A stretch of 6,907 bases of DNA from Octopus sinensis (taxonomy: Eukaryota). Shown in pieces: positions 1 through 6,907 of the stretch (the first letter of the stretch is position 1; each line of letters starts with the position of its first letter). The notes beneath the pieces were generated by a model, which had not been told where the DNA came from, made no database searches, and saw only the letters and a list, made by a program, of their open reading frames with translations. The translations under genes were made by a program, and so were the position numbers. Location: contig NW_021829148.1 of NCBI RefSeq assembly GCF_006345805.1, positions 1 through 6,907 on the forward strand. Direction: 5' to 3'.

Positions 1-329
1 ATCAAACTTCTAAAAAAAAAAAAGAAGAATCCCATTGATGTTGAAACTTGCCATAATTCTAAATAACTGAACTTGGAAAAATATCCCGCCTTTAATCATA
101 AAAGATAGGATATGTTTGAGCATCCAGTATTTATGAAACCCGGTTAGGGCGAATATGACCGTTGTCTTTCAAGTGAACGTTCACATGGACATGGATCGAC
201 TTTTGCAAACTGCAAGATTGCTATAAGACGAAAATGGTTCCTGGAATTCTGATGATTATGGATTTCGTATGAAAGATATAATTAACAAAGAGCGAGATAC
301 GTGCTCACCACAAATTGTTCGCTATAGTC

Positions 330-412
330 AAACGCAAACACAAATCTACAGACACATACGAACACAGAAACACACAGATGCACACATATACAACACACTA
401 GCATATATAAAC

Positions 413-462
<50 letters not shown>

Positions 463-560
463 ATATATATATGCACAACACACAGACGCGCACATATGTA
501 TATGTGGGTGCAGTGTGTGCGTGCGTATATGTGTGTGTGTATACACATGCACTTATACAC
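330..560. repeat. Compound (CA)/(AT)n/(GT) microsatellite, with an (AT)n core at about 403-472
   Basis: Alternating purine-pyrimidine tract read directly: CA-rich left arm, (AT)n core, GT-rich right arm. Confidence 0.95.
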
Positions 561-622
561 TGCAAATAAGCTCCACACATAAGCTCATTCACAAGAACAT
601 ATACATACACAGGCGCTAGTGA

Positions 623-700
623 ATATATATATATATACATTTATATATATATATATATAATATATACATACATGTATATATATATGTGTGTGTATGTATG

Positions 701-751
<51 letters not shown>

Positions 752-766
752 TATATATATATATAG

Positions 767-810
<44 letters not shown>

Positions 811-843
811 CTATATATATATATATATTATATTATATGTATG
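623..843. repeat. (AT)n microsatellite with embedded (GT) and (AG)n runs
   Basis: Direct reading; the (AG)n run is at about 731-750. Confidence 0.97.
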
Positions 844-893
844 TATTAACATACATAAGCGAACTTTAGGTTAGTTAGAATATGAGATTTATT

Positions 894-1010
894 CTATATA
901 TATATGTATGATATATTTTATATACATATATATCTATCTATGTGTGTGTGCACATGTATATATTATATATATATATGTGTGTGTATGTATATATATTTAT
1001 ATATACATAT
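894..1010. repeat. Degenerate (AT)/(GT) microsatellite abutting the 3' end of SINE A copy 1
   Basis: Direct reading. Confidence 0.93.
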
Positions 1011-1167
1011 TCTGTGGCCATCTGGAGCACGCCTTTAGTCGAGCAAATCGACCCCAGGACTCATTCTTGTAGCCTAGTACTTTTTCTATCGGTTTTCTTT
1101 GGCCGAACCGCTAAGTTTACGGGGACATATACACACCAGCATCGGTTGTCAAGAGATGTTGGAGGAC

Positions 1168-1194
1168 AAACACAGACACACAAACATACACACG

Positions 1195-1229
<35 letters not shown>

Positions 1230-1265
1230 TTATATATATATATACATATATATATACATATATAC
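1168..1265. repeat. (CA)n/(AT)n microsatellite internal to SINE A copy 1
   Basis: Direct reading; it sits at the same internal position as the shorter tract at about 6585-6630 in copy 2. Confidence 0.95.
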
Positions 1266-1352
1266 AACGGGCTTCTTTCGGTTTCCGTCTGCCAAATCCA
1301 CTCACAAGGTTTTGGCCATAGTAGAAGACACTTGCTCAAGATGCCACGCAGT

Positions 1353-1363
1353 GAGACTGAACC
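1353..1363 (-). promoter_or_regulatory. RNA polymerase III B box of SINE A copy 1
   Basis: GGTTCAGTCTC resembles GGTTCGANNCC and lies 32 nt downstream of the A box. Confidence 0.7.
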
Positions 1364-1395
1364 CGGAACCATGTGGTTGCTAAGTAAGCTACTTA

Positions 1396-1406
1396 CCACA
1401 CAGCCA
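1396..1406 (-). promoter_or_regulatory. RNA polymerase III A box of SINE A copy 1
   Basis: TGGCTGTGTGG resembles TRGCNNARYGG and lies about 10 nt from the element 5' end. Confidence 0.75.
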
Positions 1407-1776
1407 CTCCTACGCGTATATATATATTAAAAATGTGTAGAGGTGACACACGAGTAAGTAAATATTTATGAAAGAGAAGAACGGAAATGCTACTTTCTTA
1501 AAATTGGGTACATTTTAATTTTCCTTTATATAAATACATTAAAAGAAGAATGCTTTTGTTTTGTTTTACATATTTCGTTTTTTGAAAAATCTTATCAAGA
1601 ATATGTACTAAAATGGAAGATGTAGAGAGAAAAGAGCTATTAATAAAATAGAATTAAAATTAAAATTAACACTCATAATTTACTTAACTTTTTTCTGCAA
1701 GGTCACGTGGTAATTTTCGTTAATTTTCGTGACATGACAAGTTGAACTCACTGTGATGGCCAATTACTACTTGTAT

Positions 1777-2350
1777 GTGTCTGAAAAATGTAGAGCCTGC
1801 AGAACTTGGAACAAGACAGTGACACACATTGTGGGAGAATGCCCCAAGTTGACTATTAGAAATTGAGGCATGACCAGGTTGTAAAAGTTTCACACAGGAA
1901 ACTTTGCGAGAAATGGAGATTTCAAGCTGGAAATACATATTACAATCATCAGATCGAAACAGTACTGGTGTCGGAGAAATGAAAGATTTTGTGTGACTTC
2001 CCTATTCAAACGGACAAGAAATAAGAAAATAATAGATCGGACATGACAATTATAGATAAGGAAAACCGAAGTTGCTAACTAATCGACCTATCATGCTCGT
2101 TTGATTCTAGCATCCTAAGGAAAGAGGAACAAAAGTAAAATATACAATCCTTTAAAATATGAAATAGGAAGAATTTGAAGTATGAGAACAGTAAAGGTCG
2201 TGCCTATAATAATTGGTGCGTTTGGAATAGTAAGCCAAGATATAGACAAATGGCTGAAGGAGATTGGAATAGAATGCCCGGTAGAACACCTGCAGAAGGT
2301 TTGTCTCTTAGGGACTGCAAGGATTATCAGGAAGGTTCTAAACACTTTAA
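1777..2350 (+). pseudogene. Disrupted C-terminal part of the retrotransposon ORF (CCHC knuckle plus PD-(D/E)xK-type endonuclease)
   Basis: The reading switches frames +1, +3, +1 with several in-frame stops; ORF 2182-2409 is its last piece. Confidence 0.88.
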
Positions 2351-2450
2351 AGGTTACTGAAAACTTGTTGATAGCTAAGGTTACAGGTAGTAACTTGCTA
2401 TCCAGATGAATCCTATCAGGAATAAGACCGATCCTGAGTTAAACCCAAAA
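1777..2450 (+). mobile_element. 5'-truncated R4/Dong-clade non-LTR retrotransposon (fragment 1): zinc knuckle, restriction-like endonuclease and 3' UTR
   Basis: Manual translation gives CRACRTWNKTVTHIVGEC (C-x2-C-x8-H-x4-C, 1789-1842), RHDQV (1866), KILCDFPIQTD, NRSD (degenerate RPD, 2031-2042), LIDLSC, KEEQK, then VVPIIIGAFG...LQKVCLLGTARIIRKVL. About 100 nt of UTR follows and runs into (TGA/TAA)n. Confidence 0.9.
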
Positions 2451-2486
2451 TAATGATGATGATGATGATGATGATAATACTAATAC

Positions 2487-2553
<67 letters not shown>
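2451..2553. repeat. (TGA)n-(TAATAC)2-(TAA)n trinucleotide microsatellite
   Basis: Direct reading; it lies between the LINE 3' UTR and the 3' end of an antisense SINE. Confidence 0.98.
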
Positions 2554-2554
<1 letters not shown>

Positions 2555-2642
2555 GTTTCAAATTTTGCCACAAAGGCAGCAATTTTGGGGGAGAGTATAA
2601 GTCGATTACATCGACCCCAGTATGCAACTCGTACTTATTTTA
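2554..2642 (-). mobile_element. 3' fragment of SINE family B with an (ATT)n tail
   Basis: The reverse complement reads aaaataagtac...ctggggtcgatgtaatcgact...aaaattgctgcctttgtggcaaaatttgaaacc(att)n. Its end matches 5930-5944 exactly over 15 nt in inverted orientation, and it shares the ataagtac...ggggtcgat..tcgact module with family A. Confidence 0.8.
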
Positions 2643-2646
2643 ATAA

Positions 2647-5511
2647 GGATTATAATATTGTCGCCATGACTACAAAATTTAGCCACAACTATACCGATCA
2701 AGGTACTATTGGTGGTAACTAACGATGAGCAATGCTGTAAAAGCAAGGTTAAAGTAACTGTAACGGTATTAATGGCAGAGTCGACATTAGTGGAAAAGAC
2801 AACAACCGTCTCTACATCTGCCACAATACAGGGCTCAATACTAATTATTTTAACGTAGCACAAATATGCGTAACGAAACACAAAGAAAAATTACAATAGT
2901 ACACCAAATCGCGTTCCCCAGGAGAGAGCCAGCCTGAAGTCATCCATTGGCACAAGCTCTTCTCTGAATACGAACATGGATGGTCACTTGAACGGGAACT
3001 ACTCCAACTCGAACCCTCCAAGTCCACCACCACACCCACCACGGAAATAAAAATGTAAGAGGATCAAACAGACCTGAGAAGAGTATACAGAAGTAATATA
3101 CGCCTATTACTATGCATTAGGCAGGTCATCTGAAGAGAAACACACCGCACACTCTTATCAAATATGGATAACACGAAATGAAGACAGCAGGTTATATTTG
3201 GGCGAAAACAAGTTAGCAAATGTTAGGAGGGATATCCTCAGAAATAAAAGACTCACAGATAGTGAAATAACTGCGATCAACCACGCAGCGGAAAATTACC
3301 AAAATATAAGACAGAAAGGAAATGAAGAACCAGACGAAGAGAACAACTCTCCACGAGTCTCAATTGAAAGACTGTCATCTGACCAGAACACGCAAATGTC
3401 TGGAGAAATAAATTGTAATGAATCTGATAAAGATAGCGATGAAAGTGGTACAGAAACAATATTTGAAGACCATACATTTATTGAAGAACATAGAGAGTCT
3501 ATGATAGAACTGAAGCAGAAAGTCATGAATAAGCTTGCAGTTGTAGACATACCAATATGCATGATAGAGAACCATTTCATAAGCTCTGAAATACAATCCA
3601 AAATAGAAAACAAATTAAATTTGGAAGCTATGTAATAAAAGAAATTATACTAAAACTAAAACCAGATCTTACTGAATTAAATGAAATTATTTACGCAGCT
3701 GCTAAGACAATTGAAACCAGTTGTATACCTCTGAAAAACAAAGAAATACAAACCTGAGAAGAATTCCAAACTGTAAAATTAAAACCAAAAAAGAGGTGGA
3801 AATAATGTGAGGTGAAATGTCAATATTGAATGAACTAATCTGTGGAAACAATAAAAAACACAGAAAAGGAAGAAAGATCAAGAGAAAACATAGATTCTCA
3901 TCAAGAGAAGAACTGCTTTCAGCAAAAGAAACATTGCAACAAAAAGTCCTAGCAAAAGCTCAAAGAATACGAAGATTTGAGAAGAGAAACAAGTTTTACA
4001 AGCAAAATAAGCTGTTCACATCTAATGCGAAAACATTCTACGGAGAAATAGGAAAGAAGAAAATAACCGTTGAAGACCCACCCCTTCCCATGGAAGAAGT
4101 TGAAAACTTTTGGAAAAAATATCTGAATTAATGAAAAGACTTACGAATGGAAAAGCAGACTGGATTAGACACACAGAAGGATCCTACCAAAATTTACCAG
4201 AAAAAGCATGGGAAGACATCACTAATAGCAGACCTAAGGATGACACTCACGAAGGCTCATAAGTGGAAATCTTCTGGTAACGATAGGGTGACAAATTTCT
4301 AGTTCGCATCGCTCCCGTGAGCACAGGAAAAGTTAGTCCTGTCATAAGAGATCCTACGAACTGCAATATGACCGAAATAAGGGAGATCCACATGAAAATT
4401 CGTAAGCTGCTGACTTACAATATGATGCACCTCCCAAAGGCAGATGCAAATTGTCTTTAACTTTCTAGAGCTCAAATTGATCGACGCTTGATTCAGTTTG
4501 AAATCTCTTACAAAACCACTACAGTTAGATTGGCAAAATATCGTCAAACATCTAACAATTGGATGCTAAAGTTCGTTGGAAACCACGAGAGACGTAAGAA
4601 ACTTCATTCTGTTATGAAGGAGATCATAAAATTTGCTAGTGAATTTATATGCATAATACCCAGGTCGAACAGCATGATGGAAGTGCGGCAACTAGTTGCA
4701 AAGATGAAATCAATAGCAAAGCAAAATGCGTTTGAACAATTGGCTGATAGGTGGGAACAAAATCCTCTGCATGGAAAGTATGTGATCCGTAGCAAACAAC
4801 TTGATGTAGACCAGAAGCACACCCATCAGTCGCTACGGAGCTCAGGTCTAAAGGCAGAGAATGAAGGCTTTATCTTGGCTGCCCAAGATCAGAGCTTATT
4901 GACCCGGAACTGTAAAGTCAATGTGATAAAAAAAATGGAGTAGACCCAAAGTACCGATACTGCAACGATGGGATTGAAACAGTGGATCACCTAATCTCTC
5001 AATGTAATGTTTTAACCCCTGTAGAATACAAATCAAGACATGACCGAGTTGGCCAATATTTACATCGGATAATGTATCGGCATTATAAAATTAAAACTGC
5101 TGGCAAATATTACAAGCACCACTCTAAGTCTGTAACTGAGGGAGAAATGTAACGATTCTTTGGGATTTCCCAGTATGTACTTATCGGACCATCAAGGCAA
5201 ATAAACCAGATGTTGCTGTGAAAGACAAAAGTAATAAAGTCTGTTTATTGATTGACATGAGTATACCCTGTGCCCATAATATATCGGTAAAAGAATTTGA
5301 TTAGCTCAGAAAACATAAAGATCTGCTAATCAAAATCGAAAAGATGTGGTATCTCAAGACGGTTACAATACCAGTGATTGTAGGAGCACTTGGAATGATA
5401 AAAAAAGGAATTGAAAATTATTCAAGTATGATCCCTGGTTTACCATCCATAGAGGAAGTGCAAAAGTTTGTCTTAACTGGAACGTCTCATGTATTGAAAA
5501 GTGTATTATGA
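2647..5511 (+). mobile_element. Decayed near full-span R4/Dong-clade non-LTR retrotransposon (element 2), lacking the RT core and the 3' UTR; 5' boundary uncertain (2647-2866)
   Basis: Ordered motifs: Myb-like KRIKQT*EEYTEVIYAYY...ENKLANVRRDILRNKRLTDSEI (from 3057); DLTELNEIIYAAA; AQRIRRFEKRNKFYKQNKLF...ENFW; RT motif 0 KWKSSGNDRVTNF* (4261); thumb RKLLTYNMMHLPKADANCL*LSR; PLHGKY...SGLKAENEGFILAAQDQSL; knuckle YRYC-x8-H-x4-C (4952-5005); RHDRV; ILWDF; NKPD (5200-5211); LIDMSIP; IPVIVGALG; QKFVLTGTSHVL; stop at 5509-5511. Confidence 0.92.
3051..5511 (+). pseudogene. Disrupted single ORF of element 2 (Myb-like domain, RT remnants, zinc knuckle, endonuclease)
   Basis: Track ORFs 3198-3635, 3817-4131 and 4488-4943 are pieces of one polyprotein broken by many stops and frameshifts. 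The ORF may originally have started near the ATG at 2866. Confidence 0.9.
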
Positions 5512-5786
5512 AGAAAAATAAGAAACAACAAAAAGTTGTAAAACAACTGAAGTCCAAACTAAAACTGGAACAGCAACGGATCATGATAAAACGATGGCAA
5601 AAACAGCCCCTTCATGACAAATATTGGGTTAAACTAAACGCAAAAAGAATAGGCAAAGCAAAATTTCAGGAATGGCTGAGTAGCTCAGGACTCAAAGCGG
5701 AGACTGAAAGATTTTTAATTGCAGCTCAAGGCCAAAGCCTTCCCACCCGACATTATCAAAAACATGTAATGAAAAGAAATACAAAT
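5512..5786 (+). mobile_element. R4/Dong-clade fragment 3 (linker between RT thumb and zinc knuckle) from a divergent lineage
   Basis: ORF 5508-5891 contains WQKQPLHDKY...WLSSSGLKAETERFLIAAQGQSLPTRHY, which is 26/60 aa identical without gaps to the equivalent segment of ORF 4488-4943. Confidence 0.88.
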
Positions 5787-5950
5787 AACGCTGAGAGCCA
5801 CTTCATTCGGTTCTTTACATTTTGCGCTCAAATTACTCCGTGGTCAATTTTCGCCATTCATCTGTTCAGCCAAGTAGCGAGAAGGTTGTAATCAATTTAA
5901 CCTTCCACTAAAACTGCTGAACTCGTATCAAATTTGAAACCATTCTTATT
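5787..5950 (+). mobile_element. Old, diverged SINE family B copy
   Basis: Its 3' end tgtaatcaattta...aaaactgctg...aaatttgaaaccattcttatt aligns with the reverse complement of 2545-2615. There is a degenerate B-box-like gcgctcaaattac at 5824-5836. The 5' boundary rests on my recollection of the family consensus. Confidence 0.65.
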
Positions 5951-6156
5951 TTACCGACTAGTTTCATTTTCTGTTAAATCAGTTTCCATTTCGAAAAGGC
6001 ATTTAAAATAAAAACAATTAATTTTGCCACTGTAAAATTTTTGATTATTCTCATCAGTTTTTGTGATGCTTTTTTTTTCCATTTCATCCATCTCTTGAAT
6101 TCTGAGATGCCAAAAGACGGTCGATTTTGTTGTTGAAAAAAATTAAGGACAACACA

Positions 6157-6191
6157 AACAACGACGACGACGACGACAACAACGACAACAA
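6157..6191. repeat. (ACA/ACG)n trinucleotide repeat
   Basis: aacaacgacgacgacgacgacaacaacgacaacaa. Confidence 0.9.
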
Positions 6192-6358
6192 TATCATGAT
6201 ATCCCCTTTCAGCCGAAATTTTGCATGGGCATATGCTTCAACAGTGATGTTTTTTTCTTTTAATGGATTGGGATAACCGACATAATTTTATTACAATCAT
6301 TTTTCTCATCTACGTCTACTACCATATAATAAGTATTCATTGCATTATATATTTATCA

Positions 6359-6469
6359 TTCTCTCTCCCTTCTCTTTCTCTACTCTCTCTCGATACATAC
6401 ACATGCACACACACACACGCACTTATATATATATATATATTATATATATATTATATATATATATATATA
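6359..6469. repeat. Compound (CT)-(CA)-(AT)n microsatellite
   Basis: Direct reading. Confidence 0.95.
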
Positions 6470-6471
6470 AA

Positions 6472-6821
6472 ACCAACCTCATGGTTCCAGGTTCAGTCCC
6501 ACTGCGTGGCATTTTGGGCAAGTGTCTTCTGCTATAGCCCACTTGTGAGTGGATTTGGTAGACGGAAACTGAAAAAGCCTGTCGTATATATGTATATATA
6601 TATATGTATGTGTGGTGTTGTGTGTCTGTGTTTTGTCCCCCTAGCATGCTTGACAACCGATGCTGGTGTGTTTACGTCCACGTCACTTAGCGGTTCGGCA
6701 AAAAGAGACCGATAGAATAAGTACTGGGCTTACAAAAAGAATAAGTCCCGGGGTCGATTGCTCGACTAAAGGCGGTGCTCCAGCATGGCCGCGCAGTCAA
6801 ATGACTGAAACAAGTAAAAGA

Positions 6822-6823
<2 letters not shown>
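6472..6823 (+). mobile_element. tRNA-derived SINE, family A, copy 2; A box missing, 3' tail intact
   Basis: B box GGTTCAGTCCC, CORE-like ttgggcaagtgtctt, internal (AT)/(GT) tract, and a tail cagtcaaatgactgaaacaagtaaaagagt. It is the inverted homologue of 1012-1416. Confidence 0.93.
6490..6500 (+). promoter_or_regulatory. RNA polymerase III B box of SINE A copy 2
   Basis: GGTTCAGTCCC; the upstream A box is replaced by (AT)n. Confidence 0.65.

Positions 6824-6863
<40 letters not shown>
6823..6863. repeat. (AT)n microsatellite
   Basis: Direct reading. Confidence 0.97.
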
Positions 6864-6907
6864 CCAAGGCACACGAGCAATGAGTAATGGGGCGGAGCAA
6901 ACCGAAG

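Larger units (their letters stand above)
1012..1416 (-). mobile_element. tRNA-derived SINE, family A, copy 1 (octopus-type, CORE-like box); head intact, extreme 3' tail missing
   Basis: The reverse complement reads cgcgtaggagTGGCTGTGTGGtaagtagc...GGTTCAGTCTC (Pol III A and B boxes), then cttgagcaagtgtctt (CORE-like), an internal microsatellite and a 3' body. It matches 6472-6823: 54/60 identity between 1377-1318 and 6476-6535, and a 23-nt exact match between 1131-1153 and 6649-6671. Confidence 0.93.

Noticed and set aside
173-184. Perfect 12-bp palindrome gtgaacgttcac
   Set aside because: One or two such palindromes are expected by chance in 6.9 kb, and there is no supporting context.
225-290. 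Hammerhead-like core CTGATGA...GAAA with a weak stem II
   Set aside because: Stem II opens with a T-T mismatch, and I could not form stems I and III with an NUH cleavage site.
441-472. Same two TT interruptions in (AT)n as at 6431-6462
   Set aside because: Very low information content; single-base slips or read errors in (AT)n explain it.
370-497. 18/20 direct repeat (370-389 and 478-497) flanking the (AT)n core, resembling a target-site duplication
   Set aside because: Low-complexity CA-rich sequence, where similarity arises easily by slippage.
269-869. ORFs 269-619, 346-552 and 672-869 rich in YI/HT/CV
   Set aside because: They are translations of dinucleotide microsatellites, which lack stop codons.
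942-1430. ORFs across SINE A copy 1, with similar peptides (MVPGSVxLRGIL) in ORFs at 6263-6887
   Set aside because: The peptide similarity only reflects two copies of a non-coding SINE.
1681-1701. Possible branch point, polypyrimidine tract and AG splice acceptor
   Set aside because: Weak AAG acceptor, short spacing and no convincing downstream exon.
2439-2722. Poly-Met/Ile and poly-Leu/Ser ORFs resembling membrane or signal peptides
   Set aside because: They are translations of the (TGA/TAA)n tract.
2714-2760. Degenerate hammerhead-like cgatgag...tgct-gtaaa-agca in the element 2 leader
   Set aside because: It lacks both an exact CTGANGA and the GAAA core.
3277-5584. Minus-strand ORFs (3277-3477, 3296-3613, 3375-3596, 4299-4547, 4604-4822, 5363-5584)
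   Set aside because: Antisense shadows of the A-rich LINE coding strand with no recognisable motifs.
1-6907. CRISPR array, prokaryotic retron or defence system, genuine tRNA gene, or DNA transposon with terminal inverted repeats
   Set aside because: There is no repeat-spacer periodicity, operon structure or transposase. The A/B boxes belong to SINE heads, and the inverted repeats are SINE copies.

Overview
AT-rich, repeat-dominated eukaryotic DNA with no intact host gene. The SINE sequences resemble octopus (coleoid cephalopod) tRNA-derived SINEs, recognised from memory rather than by a search. The centre (about 1777-5786) holds three decayed, + strand pieces of R4/Dong-clade non-LTR retrotransposons with a restriction-like endonuclease. 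They are: (1) a 3' fragment with zinc knuckle, endonuclease, a structured 3' UTR and a (TGA/TAA)n tail; (2) a near full-span copy that keeps the Myb-like N-terminus, RT motif 0, thumb, knuckle and endonuclease but lacks the RT catalytic core; (3) a short linker fragment from a divergent lineage. Two SINE families each occur as an inverted pair: family A at 1012-1416 (-) and 6472-6823 (+), and family B at 2554-2642 (-) and 5787-5950 (+). Microsatellites fill much of the rest. Most ORFs in the supplied track are microsatellite, SINE or antisense artefacts.
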